Notes: a model not told the origin generated them from the sequence alone. A stretch of DNA of 64,000 bases from an uncultured Nitrososphaeraceae archaeon (GCA_963729045.1 CAVSMN010000015.1:96001-160000), one strand, 5' to 3'; numbered from the stretch's first letter, positions 1 to 11,615 are shown. Numbers and translations: made by a program.

Positions 1-165
1 ATCAGTTGTAGTAATATCATGTCCTAAAGATGATTTTTTCTCCTCAAAGTTTGCTACTTTAGCGTTGATATCGCCCAGTGATTTGTCGAACTCATTTTTA
101 ATAGGATCCTTCAAGAGTTCTGACAAATCCCATACACCTGTTTTCACTTTCAAACCCTTTGACAT
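1..165 (-). CDS. pepF: M3-family oligoendopeptidase F, N-terminal part (runs off window start)
   Basis: Read manually: MSKGLKVKTGVWDLSELLKDP..., open to position 1; WDLS is typical of the PepF N-terminus. Confidence 0.6.
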   Translation of the reverse strand, partial: MSKGLKVKTGVWDLSELLKDPIKNEFDKSLGDINAKVANFEEKKSSLGHDITTTD

Positions 166-268
166 GGCTTTACCTTGTATTCGTCGGGTTTATTTGTCTT
201 TAAGAACATAAATAAAGAATCAGGGATATCTGATCATGCCTGCAACGGATATAATATTTATTGACTTT

Positions 269-1009
269 CTAATTTCCAAAAATTTTCTTTTGTAGTAAAT
301 CATAGGCGCGTATTGCTTGGTCCCTTTCTAATATCAGAACTATTTCATTACTGCCAAAAAAAACGTTATTTAGAGTAATTTTATAATTGTTCAAAACATC
401 AAATATATTAAATAACAATTGTCTTATTCCCATTATATTATCGGAGAATAGGGTTATTGTAATTCTTGATAATCCTTCAGTTATCTTGCCATTGCATTTT
501 TCTGTTAAGGATGTAATTATTTTTCTTGAACTAAACATATCTTCAGTTACTATCCTTATTTTTTCGGTAGTTCGTATCAAATTATAATCCATCAGGGTTT
601 CTTGCGTAAATTCATCTAACAAGTCATTTACATTCTTGAACGAATCTTGATTACCAAGGTCAATATCGATGATGCTTCCAGTGAGTTTCATCCTTGCGTC
701 TTGTGAAGATATATGCGATTTTTGCTCTTGAAATTCGTTTCCATTTAAATGATTTCCAATTGTCTTATCTTCTGCTCTTTGGTTTTCTAAATATCTTGAT
801 TTATTTATCAAGTCCGCGAACCTCTTAATAGCCACTACAATTGTGCCTATGTTAACTCGTGTTCCAGTAACTGATTCTACATCGGATTGTATCTTGTTGG
901 CTATTGCGGTGTAATTAGCAATTCCGGATTTCACTGCTTTTAAGTATAAATCATTTGACAAGATAATCTCTTTTACAGCCTGTGGGACCGAGATGTCTCG
1001 GACATACAT
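269..1009 (-). CDS. Conserved archaeal protein with helical N-terminus and C-terminal ACT-like domain
   Basis: GIANYTAIA..I..DV...TIVVAIKR N-terminal motif; C-terminal alternating beta/alpha pattern. Confidence 0.6.
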   Translation of the reverse strand: MYVRDISVPQAVKEIILSNDLYLKAVKSGIANYTAIANKIQSDVESVTGTRVNIGTIVVAIKRFADLINKSRYLENQRAEDKTIGNHLNGNEFQEQKSHISSQDARMKLTGSIIDIDLGNQDSFKNVNDLLDEFTQETLMDYNLIRTTEKIRIVTEDMFSSRKIITSLTEKCNGKITEGLSRITITLFSDNIMGIRQLLFNIFDVLNNYKITLNNVFFGSNEIVLILERDQAIRAYDLLQKKIFGN

Positions 1010-1121
1010 TACATGTAATAAATAGTTCCCGAATAAGATAAACTTTACTATATTTTCAAATAATTTATATAATGTACAAATTATTTCATAATGTAATAGG
1101 TTTGTAACGTGGTTATTTTGA

Positions 1122-3371
1122 TTGTTTATCTTGTCGAAAATTCTATCTTTCTATCTGCGGGGTAAATTGCTACGAAGAGTACCTGATGAGGTTCCTTTAA
1201 AAATAGCAGAAACTGAAATCAAATTTGTGGGCAAAGGCTTGGCCCTAGTGGATCCGAAAATACTTGGTGAGCTCCAACTAAATGTCGGTGATGTATTGAA
1301 ATTAAGGGGAAAGAAAGGTCTTACATATGTCAAACTGTCTGAAGGGTTAAATTCCGATTACGGCAGGAAGATAATTCGAGTTGATGGTTATACCAGAGGT
1401 ATTCTGGAATCTGGAATTGATGATCATATTATGATTAGTCCTGTTGAAATTGTCAGTGAGGCTAAGGAAGTTCAGTTAATCCCATTGGAAGAGCTAGAAT
1501 ATTCAGGGTTCAAGAATTCCCTAGGGAACTTGTTAGATGGACGGGTGATCTCCAAATCGGATACTATCCCTATTAATCTGGTAGGGAAGAAGATCATTTT
1601 TTTGGTAAATTTCATGAATCCAAGTTCAAGTCCTTTACTAGTAACGAATTCCACAAAATTCTCGATTGGTACTTTTAAGAAGAATAGTTCCTATGCCTTT
1701 GAGAGAATTAATTATGAGGATATTGGTGGAATTAGAGATTCGATTCTTAAAATAAGGGAAATGATTGAATTGCCAATTAGACATCCGGAATTATTCGAAA
1801 AATTGGGAATCGATGCACCCAAAGGTGTATTGTTATACGGTCCACCAGGCACAGGGAAAACGCTGCTTGCAAAAGCAGTTGCAAATGAAACAAACGCTTC
1901 CTTCTTTTCCATAAGTGGGCCTGAGATAATGAGCAAGTTTTATGGTGAAAGTGAGAAAAGACTGCGGGAGACCTTTCAACAAGCAAAAGAGAAATCTCCA
2001 TCAATACTTTTTATTGATGAACTAGATTCTATCGCACCAAAACGCGAGGATGTATCAGGCGAGGTCGAAAGGCGTATAGTATCTCAGCTTTTAACGTTGA
2101 TGGATGGGATAAATTCTAGAGGTAAGATCATTGTAATAGGTGCTTCAAATAGACCAAATGCTATAGACCAAGCCCTTAGAAGACCTGGTAGGTTTGATAG
2201 AGAAATTGAAATAGGTATTCCTGATGATGATGGGAGATTGGATATACTAAATATTCATACAAAGGGGATGCCCCTTGGTCGGGATGTTGACCTAAAACGG
2301 GTATCAAGACTAACACATGGATTTGTAGGTGCAGATTTGGAAGTTTTAACAAAAGAAGCCGCAATGCGCTCACTAAGACGGTTGATCCCCCAAGTTAATA
2401 TTGATCAAACACCCTTACCACAAGATTTACTCGATAAAATAACGATCATTGATTCAGATTTTAATAATGCTCTGAAAGATGTCACTCCGTCAGCAATTAG
2501 AGAGTTCTCTATCCAAAAGCCTAATGTCAAGTGGAGTGAAATAGGTGGGTTAGATTCTTTGAAAGAAGAGTTAGCAGATTTGATCGACTGGCTATTAAAT
2601 CACTCTGAAATATATGAAATAGCCGATATACGACCTCCAAAGGGATTACTATTATACGGAATTCCCGGAACTGGAAAGACTTTGATCGCAAAAGCTGTCG
2701 CTTCAAATTCTAACGCAAATTTTATCAGCATAAAGGGTGCCGAATTGTTATCTAAATGGGTCGGAGAATCTGAGAAGGCAATCCAGGAAGTTTTCAGAAA
2801 AGCTAGACAGATAGCCCCTTGTATTGTTTTCTTTGATGAATTTGATTCTATTGCACTTCAAAGGAAAACGGAGAGAGAGGGGACAGATTCAACTGCTAAA
2901 ATGATGAGTCAGATTCTAACCGAGATGGACGGAATCGAAAATTTAGATGGTGTATTTGTCATTGGTGCCACCAATAGGATTGATTTGATAGATGAAGCAC
3001 TTTTGAGACCTGGCCGCTTTGATAGGATTATAGAAATTCCTGTTCCTACGGTCGAATCCAGAAGACAAATAGTTAAAATACATCTTAAAAAAAAGCCTTT
3101 GGATGAAAAAACCGTGACTATTGATAGAATATTGAAATTAACTGATGGCTTCACTGGGGCTCAAATTGAAGGCATGATTAATCATGCATCAATTTTGGCT
3201 CTAAGGGACTTTCTAAGAAAACATAGAAAGTTCGAGGCAGTTAATGTTAATACTACAAATAGTAAACTAACAAAACAGGATTTAAAGAATTTTAGGATTA
3301 CTTTTGAATTTTTTAAATTGGCAAAAGAAAAGGTTATGACAAATACTAAGGGCCGCAACATAATGCGTTAA
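1122..3371 (+). CDS. cdc48: CDC48/VCP-family AAA+ ATPase
   Basis: N-domain plus two AAA modules ([31 protein letters not shown] twice); exact start uncertain. Confidence 0.95.
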   Translation: MFILSKILSFYLRGKLLRRVPDEVPLKIAETEIKFVGKGLALVDPKILGELQLNVGDVLKLRGKKGLTYVKLSEGLNSDYGRKIIRVDGYTRGILESGIDDHIMISPVEIVSEAKEVQLIPLEELEYSGFKNSLGNLLDGRVISKSDTIPINLVGKKIIFLVNFMNPSSSPLLVTNSTKFSIGTFKKNSSYAFERINYEDIGGIRDSILKIREMIELPIRHPELFEKLGIDAPKGVLLYGPPGTGKTLLAKAVANETNASFFSISGPEIMSKFYGESEKRLRETFQQAKEKSPSILFIDELDSIAPKREDVSGEVERRIVSQLLTLMDGINSRGKIIVIGASNRPNAIDQALRRPGRFDREIEIGIPDDDGRLDILNIHTKGMPLGRDVDLKRVSRLTHGFVGADLEVLTKEAAMRSLRRLIPQVNIDQTPLPQDLLDKITIIDSDFNNALKDVTPSAIREFSIQKPNVKWSEIGGLDSLKEELADLIDWLLNHSEIYEIADIRPPKGLLLYGIPGTGKTLIAKAVASNSNANFISIKGAELLSKWVGESEKAIQEVFRKARQIAPCIVFFDEFDSIALQRKTEREGTDSTAKMMSQILTEMDGIENLDGVFVIGATNRIDLIDEALLRPGRFDRIIEIPVPTVESRRQIVKIHLKKKPLDEKTVTIDRILKLTDGFTGAQIEGMINHASILALRDFLRKHRKFEAVNVNTTNSKLTKQDLKNFRITFEFFKLAKEKVMTNTKGRNIMR

Positions 3372-3549
3372 ATCATTATTTCATGTCGTATCCTGATTTC
3401 CTTAAAAATTAGCCATGAATTGACAACATGAAGGATTCTAATTCAAATGACCATTGCATTGATGGTATAAATGCTTAGAATTGATTCGGCGAATACTAGA
3501 ATTAGTAGTTGTAATATTTTTATTCTTTAATCCAATCAAAAAGATATTA

Positions 3550-3966
3550 TCATTCGACCTTTTTGGCAATCCTTTCTAGGGCTTCATCTGTTCCCTTTAA
3601 AATATGTTTTTTGATAAAGAATGTGAACAAACTCATTAATCCTTTCATATGAATATCCCAGTCCACTCTGATTTCGCATTTTTCAGTGTCTATTTTTGTT
3701 ACATTTATTATCTTTGTTCCTACTATTGGTCCTTCTCTGATTACTATTGTTATTTGTTTTGGAGGTATTAACGTTACCAATTCTAGACATTTTGAATTTC
3801 TGAATGCAATAATAGTTTCTCGCTCAGTCGTGTTTCCTTCTCTTTTTATATTTTTCACAGCTTTTATACCGTGCCAAAAATCGGGATCCTTATCAATATC
3901 CGAGATAATGCTCCATATCAATTCATCCGATGAATTAATTTTTCTGGTAGTTGATATTAGTGTCAT
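3550..3966 (-). CDS. SRPBCC / polyketide-cyclase-like protein
   Basis: IWSIISD..PDFW motif, beta-rich middle, C-terminal helix ALERI. Confidence 0.75.
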   Translation of the reverse strand: MTLISTTRKINSSDELIWSIISDIDKDPDFWHGIKAVKNIKREGNTTERETIIAFRNSKCLELVTLIPPKQITIVIREGPIVGTKIINVTKIDTEKCEIRVDWDIHMKGLMSLFTFFIKKHILKGTDEALERIAKKVE

Positions 3967-4418
3967 TATTACTAATCATATCTTTGGTATTTTAATTTGT
4001 ATTGAAATTAGTGTAATTAAATTCTATTTTGGTATTTTCGTTAACAAATGGATTACTATCAAATCATAAAACTAGATTCTTTAAAAAGTGTATACTTTTA
4101 CTAGTGAATAGTTCAGTTCATTTTCGGTACAAAATAACCATATCTGACCAATTTATCATTAACTTTTAGATTAAGTCGATGCTTTTCTAGCAAGGATCCT
4201 CTTCAGATCTAGTAACATAATTTTCATTGCGGTTCTATTGTTGCCTCATATTAAAGAAACATCGATCACTTGAAATGAAAATATTTTTCTACTTGGGGTT
4301 TAGTTTGCTTTTTGCCTACAATGATTTGAACCCCTTTGTAATCAGAAACAATTCGATTATTCCATTTGTGAGATCGGTGTAAAGTCCGTTCTTGTTTCTG
4401 TAATCGATATAATGTAAT

Positions 4419-5162
4419 TTAACCTATTCCAGGCCCTGACTTTTTTGATGTTTCTCCATAGTTATCATTTCTTTTGTTTTTATCGAGCATTTGATTCTCA
4501 TATTCCAAATCAAATCCATCGGTATTAATTGCAATATTCTCTAGAATGGAAAAAACTTTTAAAACAGATTTTGCAGCTAAAGGTTGTTTTTCATTGGTTT
4601 CCACTATCTCCCCAAAAAGACCTATCGCTTTAAACTTCATTTCGCTTGCAATTCCAAGAACTACTCCATTAAACCAGGTAATAACTTCAATTTCTTTATC
4701 AAAGATATTAATTCCTAGGGTTTTTAACTTGATAACCATCTCGTTATCTGTTGAGACTGCGTATACCTTTGGTGCTTGAGCTAATTGAGGCTGGTGATAT
4801 CCTCCCGATGTATAAATAATTCTTGGAACACCAATATTTTTTATTATGTTAAAAGCGGTTAAACACAAGTTAAAGAGGTTAGTAGGATCCTGGGGTTGTT
4901 CTTTACCTGTCATGATTATAACTTTATTTTCGTAATTAACGAAAAAGTCGTATGTATCTATTACAGGCTTGACCAACCCCTTTTCATTTTTTACCCAAGG
5001 TTTTTCAAAGATTCCGATCTCTGCAAATCTTTCCACTTGAAGTTCCTTAATCAAATGTTCTGATACAAGCCCACCAACTTTACCCATATCTGGCAGGGAG
5101 GCAAAAAAAATAAAATTGTCTAACTTTATTTCTTTGAGCATCTTGATCGAAATATTCATCAT
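4419..5162 (-). CDS. PAC2-family proteasome assembly chaperone
   Basis: LPDMGKVGGL, TG..QP, IYTSGG and GLFGE motifs. Confidence 0.85.
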   Translation of the reverse strand: MMNISIKMLKEIKLDNFIFFASLPDMGKVGGLVSEHLIKELQVERFAEIGIFEKPWVKNEKGLVKPVIDTYDFFVNYENKVIIMTGKEQPQDPTNLFNLCLTAFNIIKNIGVPRIIYTSGGYHQPQLAQAPKVYAVSTDNEMVIKLKTLGINIFDKEIEVITWFNGVVLGIASEMKFKAIGLFGEIVETNEKQPLAAKSVLKVFSILENIAINTDGFDLEYENQMLDKNKRNDNYGETSKKSGPGIG

Positions 5163-5450
5163 TTTTGTCGATTATACTTCTTTCTTTTATATTAAAATTA
5201 TTGATAACCTTTGCAAAAATCATGTAATATTCTAAAGGATCTAGCGATCAAAATAGAGGTGATCAATCTAAACATTTAGAAAATTTTATCAGCCTTTGTT
5301 TTATGAAGTCAAGATCAAGATGGTGCTTGTCATTTTGTAGGAGTTGACCTTTTTTCTCTGTCTAACTTGAGCACAGCAAATCTAGGTCAAAAAAATGTTT
5401 AGATATAGATTTATATCTTTTTGGACTTTTGTACAAGGCAGCGATTATAT

Positions 5451-5882
5451 CTAAAGCTGTTTGATTCGTTTAATCATTTCAATAGTTTTCAAACTATTTT
5501 GAACAATTTCCAAATATCTCTTGTATTTTTTTGGGCTGGCCGTGGTATTTTGTTCTCTGTTGAGTTCAACTAAAGTTTGAAGAACCTGATGTTCTACTTG
5601 ATTCAACACTTCCTGGATATCATCAAAAGTATTCAGAGTCCTTTTATTATCATCGTCGCTCCTCACGTGGCTGAACTCTTTTTTAGTTTCGATATCATTA
5701 GGAAGGGTTTCTAGTTGTTCAATTTTATCCTGTTCTAAATGTTGGCAATTCATACAAATTACTTCATCCTTATACTTTATCTGAAGATTTCCACATTTTT
5801 TACAAGGCTCTGAAAGTAGAGTACCTCCCCTTAACAGATAATAAGCCCCTTGTTTAATCAAATCATTGTTCATTTTAGTCAA
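5451..5882 (-). CDS. UPF0148 / autoantigen-p27-like zinc-ribbon protein
   Basis: LLRGGTLLSEPCKKCG...VICMNC. Confidence 0.8.
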   Translation of the reverse strand: MTKMNNDLIKQGAYYLLRGGTLLSEPCKKCGNLQIKYKDEVICMNCQHLEQDKIEQLETLPNDIETKKEFSHVRSDDDNKRTLNTFDDIQEVLNQVEHQVLQTLVELNREQNTTASPKKYKRYLEIVQNSLKTIEMIKRIKQL

Positions 5883-6400
5883 GTAATGGTTCTATCATCA
5901 ACTTTTCTATCATCAACTTGAATTTTTTCCTGATTATTTAGCTTCTTTAATTCATTCACTAAAAAGTCTTTATACTTATTCTTTTCTTCTTCTGTCATCC
6001 TGTCCAGATTTGAACTTAGTGTGGATCCTATTGCCGAAATTCTGTCAATCAAATCCATGGTCATGAATTTTCCCATATTACCAATTCTGAACATCACTTC
6101 CAGTTGTTTTTGCATTATGTTATGCGCTGATTTGATATCTGAGGCTATCGAAATGCCTTTCTTTGTTATCCTATACCTACCATTTTCGTGCTCTTCAATT
6201 AGTCCTTCCTCAAGTAACCTTCCAAGCAATGGATAGATAAGGCCCGGAGATGGTTTCCATTTTCCACCTGTCTGAACTATTGCTTTGTCGATGATTTCCT
6301 TACCCGTCATTGGTTGTTCAGCTAACAGCTCCAAGATATAATGGCGCGAGAACCCTCTAGGAATAGCACTTCCTACCCGGGACAACCAGTCAGATATCAT
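5879..6400 (-). CDS. PadR-family transcriptional regulator
   Basis: WKPSPGLIYPLL.RL.EEGLI...YRITKKG. Confidence 0.9.
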   Translation of the reverse strand: MISDWLSRVGSAIPRGFSRHYILELLAEQPMTGKEIIDKAIVQTGGKWKPSPGLIYPLLGRLLEEGLIEEHENGRYRITKKGISIASDIKSAHNIMQKQLEVMFRIGNMGKFMTMDLIDRISAIGSTLSSNLDRMTEEEKNKYKDFLVNELKKLNNQEKIQVDDRKVDDRTIT

Positions 6401-6838
6401 TTTATAATAAATATATCACTAGCGACTTATTAAAATTTTCCTTTTGAATAATTTAGACAAATATGTTAATTACTTAAAACACATGGATCTGTTTTCCTTC
6501 TTTGATAATTTCAAATATTCATATTCTATTATTTAGTGGTTCTCTATAGCTAGTTCTACATCTGCTTGATAGTTTTCCAATTCTTTTTCATCCGATTGTT
6601 CAATTATCTTTCTCTTCTGGATGATGTTTTCATTCATTTTACCTATATATTGTATGAAGATGGATATAAGACTTATTTCTGCTGTTTTCGTTACATTCTG
6701 TCCTATTATTACACTTATACGATCCTTTTTATATAAATTTTACAATTTAGGGATCCCGTTAAGAGTCGTCCTTGTAATTATTATCAGAAAAATTATACTC
6801 TTGTCTTGACCCGGCTAGCATAGTTTTTATTTAGGAAA

Positions 6839-7345
6839 ATGGAATGCTCATTTATAAGCAAGTTGTCAGTCGAAGAGTTTAAACATATTCTAAGAATTGC
6901 CGGGAAAGATATCGAAGGCAGCAAAAAGTCAGTAGTTGCGTTAAGTGAAGTTAAAGGTGTTGGTTATAATTTGTCTCAGGTAATATTACAGTCTTTGAAC
7001 ATTAATCCATACTTAAGGGTGGGATTTTTGACTGATAAAGAACTTTCTGATATTGAGAATTCTATCAGAAATATAGGAACTATCGGTGTGCCGAGCTGGT
7101 ATCTTAATAGAAGAAAAGATATGGATTCAGGAGCCGATATTCATTTAATTACATCAGATTTGGATTTTACCAAATCAAATGATATTGAGAGAGAAAAGTC
7201 TGTAATGAGTTGGAGAGGGTACAGACATATGTTTGGTTTGAGAGTTAGAGGTCAGTGCACCAGAACTACAGGCAGGAAGGCCAGTGCAGTGGGGGTAAAG
7301 AAGGCTTCAGGAAAGGCACCAGCTGGCGCAGCAGGATCTAAATAA
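6839..7345 (+). CDS. rps13: 30S ribosomal protein uS13
   Basis: PSWYLNRRKD and WRGYRH..GLRVRGQCTRTTGR motifs; true start may be a few codons downstream. Confidence 0.97.
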   Translation: MECSFISKLSVEEFKHILRIAGKDIEGSKKSVVALSEVKGVGYNLSQVILQSLNINPYLRVGFLTDKELSDIENSIRNIGTIGVPSWYLNRRKDMDSGADIHLITSDLDFTKSNDIEREKSVMSWRGYRHMFGLRVRGQCTRTTGRKASAVGVKKASGKAPAGAAGSK

Positions 7346-7360
7346 ATTGAGGTGATTTGA

Positions 7361-7870
7361 GTGGGAGATCCTAGAAAATCAAAAAAGAATTATAATCGAC
7401 CTCGTAGCATTTGGACAAGCGATCAAATAAGTTCAGAGTTATATGTAGTCGGTTCTTATGGTTTAAGAAATAAGCGTGAGTTATGGAAAGCTCAAACAGA
7501 AATTGCCCGGATAAGGAATCAAGCACGTGCCCTTTTATCTTTATCAATTGATGTCAGACACGAAAAGGAAACACAGTTATTAAACTATCTTTCTAGGCTT
7601 GGTCTTGTTTCTACCGGTTCGTCTCTGGATGACGTTTTGAACTTAAAAATAGAAGATATTTTGGAGAGGCGATTGCAAACAATCATTATGAAAAAATCTA
7701 ATCTAAAATCACCATATCAAGCTCGCCAGCTAGTTGTACATGGTCATGTCAGCTTAGGAAATAGAAAGATAAATCTACCAGGCTATTTGGTAAGGAAAGA
7801 GGAAGAACCTCAGATACTTGTGCATTTTACTCCTACGATTGAAACCTCTGAGCCTATAAAAAACAGTTGA
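7361..7870 (+). CDS. rps4: 30S ribosomal protein uS4
   Basis: MGDP, YGLRNKRELW, LERRLQT, ARQLVVHGH. Confidence 0.97.
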   Translation: MGDPRKSKKNYNRPRSIWTSDQISSELYVVGSYGLRNKRELWKAQTEIARIRNQARALLSLSIDVRHEKETQLLNYLSRLGLVSTGSSLDDVLNLKIEDILERRLQTIIMKKSNLKSPYQARQLVVHGHVSLGNRKINLPGYLVRKEEEPQILVHFTPTIETSEPIKNS

Positions 7871-7883
7871 AATTTTTAGAGAC

Positions 7884-8867
7884 TCAAGTTCTTACAACTT
7901 TTTCTATATCGACATAGTCTATCTTGCCATCACTATCCATGTCATAGCCTTGAACCAAAGCTTCCCATTCTTGCTCATCTCCTGAATAATCTGAAAATGT
8001 TTTTTTACTAAAGTTAGTAAATGCAATTACGGCAGATTTAGTTCCAATTGATCTCACCCCAGCGATCAAAATTATTGATTTTTTGTGGTTGAATGGATTT
8101 CTAAATTTTGCAATAATCCCCAAATTGTCTTGATGGTAAATTCTCCCAGGTTTGTCCACGAGCCCTGACCAAAAGTTTTCTTCATTAAACTTAATCGGTA
8201 AATATCTGTTAAATTCAGAAGAAACTATGTTTGTTCCAGGACCACCGATTATGATCAAGTTATTATCTTCTAGCTCCTTTTCAGCCTTTGCGTCTTCATC
8301 TAACTTTACAACAAACCCTTGAGGCAAATTGCATATATTTCCTAAAAAAAAAGCCAATTGAATTGCATAATGCCCGTCTCTAGCTGATGTCTTAAAGATT
8401 CCGTGAGGATTAGGCGATCCCACGATGACTAAGCCGTCGAATTTGTTATTTTCGTCGATGAATTCCTTTAAAAACTTTCTAGCAGCCAAGAATTCGGTAG
8501 TTTTTTTCCAATCATTTAGGTTGTAATCAATTGATAATTTTTCGCCCCATTCCATTTCGATACCGAAAGCGGGGCTGGTAGCTGTGTATAGTTTTGCAGT
8601 ACCGCCCTTGACAAAATATGTTCCTGATTCTCCAATTGCTCCAATTGAAACTAATTTTCTAATATAGTAATAAGCGCTTTGTTCGTAGATCTCTAATTCT
8701 TTAGCTATCTGAGCTGTATACCTGGGTCTATCGGAAATCAGCCTCAGTATCTTCCAGGCGATCGGATTTGATAAAACTTGGATTTCTTTTTGTTTTTCAA
8801 ACACTATGATTTTTTTCTCATAGAGTCTTCCTTCCTTTTCATAGATTATTTTTTTCTCAATCGCCAT
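7884..8867 (-). CDS. ArsR-like wHTH protein with C-terminal NLIIIGGP..N domain; putative regulator divergent from glmS
   Basis: LSNPIAWKIL...AQIAKEL....AYYYIRKL HTH; C-terminal alpha/beta domain. Confidence 0.7.
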   Translation of the reverse strand: MAIEKKIIYEKEGRLYEKKIIVFEKQKEIQVLSNPIAWKILRLISDRPRYTAQIAKELEIYEQSAYYYIRKLVSIGAIGESGTYFVKGGTAKLYTATSPAFGIEMEWGEKLSIDYNLNDWKKTTEFLAARKFLKEFIDENNKFDGLVIVGSPNPHGIFKTSARDGHYAIQLAFFLGNICNLPQGFVVKLDEDAKAEKELEDNNLIIIGGPGTNIVSSEFNRYLPIKFNEENFWSGLVDKPGRIYHQDNLGIIAKFRNPFNHKKSIILIAGVRSIGTKSAVIAFTNFSKKTFSDYSGDEQEWEALVQGYDMDSDGKIDYVDIEKVVRT

Positions 8868-9035
8868 AATATATGATGTTATAATTTTTTTTTTGCTGGT
8901 ATATATTTTTTGTTATATTAAAAAAATAATTAAGAACAGCGACGAACAAATTATTCCTGTTGATTATATCTTTTTTTATAACGGAAAGATCTTATTTTTG
9001 ATAAAGGTTTTAAATAATTTTTTTTAAGAATAGTT

Positions 9036-10811
9036 GTGTGTTCAATTATTGGGTACAGTGGGAAGTTAGTCTCCGCGGCTCCGTTATTAGTTGAGAGCTT
9101 GAAAAAGATGGAGTATAGAGGCTACGACAGCGTAGGAATTGCAACCTTAAATGACGGAAATATTTTGGTGAGTAAGGGCGTAGGGAAAGTAGCAGAAGTT
9201 GATAAAGAAATGAATCTCAATAAACTTCCTGGACAAATGGGAATAGGACATACCCGTTGGGCAACTCATGGTGGTGTAAACGATAAGAATGCTCATCCAC
9301 ATTATTCATGTTCATCCAATATCGCTGTAGTTCATAACGGAATAATTGAAAATTACCAAGAATTGAAATCGGAGCTAACAAGAGATGGTCATGTTTTTAA
9401 AAGCCAGACTGACAGTGAGGTCATTGCTCATCTGTTAGAAAAATACTACAAAGAATCTGACTCTAATGTAAAAGAAACTATGATGAAAACTTGTCGGGTT
9501 CTTAAAGGTTCTTTTGCCTTTGTCGCTATTTTCGATAACGGTATTATTACTGGTGCAAGATTCGATGAACCTTTGATAATAGGAATTTCTGAGAGTGCTT
9601 TGTTTCTGTCTAGCGATGTATTAGGTTTCCTGAAATACACTGATAAATCTGTTTTCTTAGATAATGGTGATATTGTAGTAATTGATAATAATTCTTATCG
9701 TATATTTGATATTAATGAACGAATTGTAAATCGACCTATAACCCAGGTTGCATGGGAACTAGGGTCTACTGAAAAGGGAAAGTATGCACATCACACTATA
9801 AAAGAAATTCATGAACAATCATTAACTCTGTTGAAACCATTTCAAGATTTCAATAATTTTAAAAATTTTTGTGAATTCTTGAAAAATGCTTCCAATGTAT
9901 ATATCACTGGTAGCGGAACTAGCTACAACTCTGGTTTGTTGGGAAAGCAACTTCTTTCAAAATTTGCCAAGATAAAAACCGAGGTAATTATGTCAAGCGA
10001 ATTTCAATATTCTTCGGACTCTTTGGAGGCCAATTCAGCTGTAATAGCCATTTCCCAAAGTGGTGAAACTGCTGATGTATTACATTCAGTAAAAAAAGCT
10101 AAGGAAAATGGTGCAAAAATTCTTTCAATAGTGAACGTACCTACTTCGTCTCTGGCAAGAATGAGTGATTCAATTCTTACCCTGAATTGTGGCCCCGAAA
10201 TAGGAGTTGCTGCCACCAAGAGTTTCATGGGCCAGTTGATGATAATATATAAAATCGTCAATATCTTATCACGGGGTCAAATGCCTTTTGATGAAATTAA
10301 TCAAAAGGATTTACTAATGATGGTAAGAAAAGTATTGAACTTAGATGATATTATTCAAAAGCTTGTCTCATCATTGGACACAAATATTAAAGATATATAC
10401 ATTTTGGGCAGGTCCATTCATTATCCTATTGCCTTAGAGGGGTCGTTAAAAATTAAAGAGTTGGCCTATATACATGCAGAAGGTATCGCTGCAGGTGAGT
10501 TAAAACATGGACCACTGGCATTGATTGACAAAGAGTCTGTGGTTGTTGTCTTAAACCCTACCGATGAAACCTATCAAGACGTTATTTCTAGTTCTAATGA
10601 AATAAAATCACGTGGAGCCTATATAATTGGAATTTCAAACAAAAAAAATGAGGTATATGATCGGTTTGTAGAATTACCTGAAGTTGATAGCTATCTTTAT
10701 CCAATTCTTGAAATTATCCCATTACAACTGATGTCATACTATTTGGCTTTACAGAAACAAGTTGATCCAGATTATCCTAGAAATTTGGCCAAATCCGTGA
10801 CCGTAAAATAA
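9036..10811 (+). CDS. glmS: Glutamine--fructose-6-phosphate transaminase (isomerizing)
   Basis: N-terminal Cys2, EYRGYDS, GHTRWATHG, SQSGET, PRNLAKSVT. Confidence 0.97.
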   Translation: MCSIIGYSGKLVSAAPLLVESLKKMEYRGYDSVGIATLNDGNILVSKGVGKVAEVDKEMNLNKLPGQMGIGHTRWATHGGVNDKNAHPHYSCSSNIAVVHNGIIENYQELKSELTRDGHVFKSQTDSEVIAHLLEKYYKESDSNVKETMMKTCRVLKGSFAFVAIFDNGIITGARFDEPLIIGISESALFLSSDVLGFLKYTDKSVFLDNGDIVVIDNNSYRIFDINERIVNRPITQVAWELGSTEKGKYAHHTIKEIHEQSLTLLKPFQDFNNFKNFCEFLKNASNVYITGSGTSYNSGLLGKQLLSKFAKIKTEVIMSSEFQYSSDSLEANSAVIAISQSGETADVLHSVKKAKENGAKILSIVNVPTSSLARMSDSILTLNCGPEIGVAATKSFMGQLMIIYKIVNILSRGQMPFDEINQKDLLMMVRKVLNLDDIIQKLVSSLDTNIKDIYILGRSIHYPIALEGSLKIKELAYIHAEGIAAGELKHGPLALIDKESVVVVLNPTDETYQDVISSSNEIKSRGAYIIGISNKKNEVYDRFVELPEVDSYLYPILEIIPLQLMSYYLALQKQVDPDYPRNLAKSVTVK

Positions 10812-10859
10812 AATGCTTACTATTATATTGAAATAATTTCCCTTAATTTATTTGGAATA

Positions 10860-11615
10860 ATGACTACGCTAGGCAATAGGATTGAAAATTGTGTATTTCC
10901 AGTCGATTACTTTTATGATCTTGATAACTTTACTTGGATAAAATCAACTGATGAGCCGGACGATAAAAGGAATGACGTTAGGCATGTCCTTGTAGGCATA
11001 ACTCCAGTATATTCCTATATAACCGGCAGGGTACTCAAATTTAAAACAAAACCTGTTGGCACAGACATTATTAGAAATAGGAGCTTGGGTACCATTGAGA
11101 GTTTAAACCACTTTGGAATAATTCGTTCTCCAGTATCTGGGAGTATTGTGGAAATAAATCAAGAAATCATTAATAATCCTAAGATTGTTAACGACTCCCC
11201 ATTTGAACGTGGATGGATTGCAAAGATCAGGACTAATGATAATCTAGATAGTCTTGATTCGATAAAAACCATCGAGGAGTGTAAGTATGAGATAGGGGCT
11301 CAAATTAAGAAATTCAATGTGAAATGTTTTAAATCATTCCCTGATTTTCACATGTTTGAATTAGGAACTGAATGCTCCGCCACTTTAGCAAAATTAGATG
11401 AATTCATGGAGAAAAATATGCGTATTGGACATGTCATAAGACTTGTGTCCGATGATCCTACTGCTGATCTTGAATTATTGCGTTGGGCTGATCAAAACAA
11501 ACAAGAAATCGTTGAAATTGTGCAAGAGAAAAACCCCGTGCAGTCCTCCTTACCAAACTCTAGTAATAATTACTTATTCAATATAATTATTAAAAAAATA
11601 AAAAATCAAGAATAA
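10860..11615 (+). CDS. GcvH/LbpA-like domain fused to a TusA/SirA-like sulfur-carrier domain
   Basis: H-protein motifs VGIT, ES...SPVSG.IVEIN, VNDSP...GWI; C-terminal G.EC...LVSDDPTA..EL.RWA. Confidence 0.75.
   Translation: MTTLGNRIENCVFPVDYFYDLDNFTWIKSTDEPDDKRNDVRHVLVGITPVYSYITGRVLKFKTKPVGTDIIRNRSLGTIESLNHFGIIRSPVSGSIVEINQEIINNPKIVNDSPFERGWIAKIRTNDNLDSLDSIKTIEECKYEIGAQIKKFNVKCFKSFPDFHMFELGTECSATLAKLDEFMEKNMRIGHVIRLVSDDPTADLELLRWADQNKQEIVEIVQEKNPVQSSLPNSSNNYLFNIIIKKIKNQE

Noticed and set aside
6533..6637. 34-aa minus-strand ORF MNENIIQKRK...AIENH
   Set aside because: Plausible composition but no motif; cannot be supported without homology or expression data.
6839..7870. rps13-rps4 not followed by rps11-rpoD
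   Set aside because: A rearrangement of the ribosomal cluster with no further signal; not evidence of a new system.
8904..8928. Inverted repeat in the glmS promoter region
   Set aside because: Made only of T and A runs; expected by chance at this base composition.
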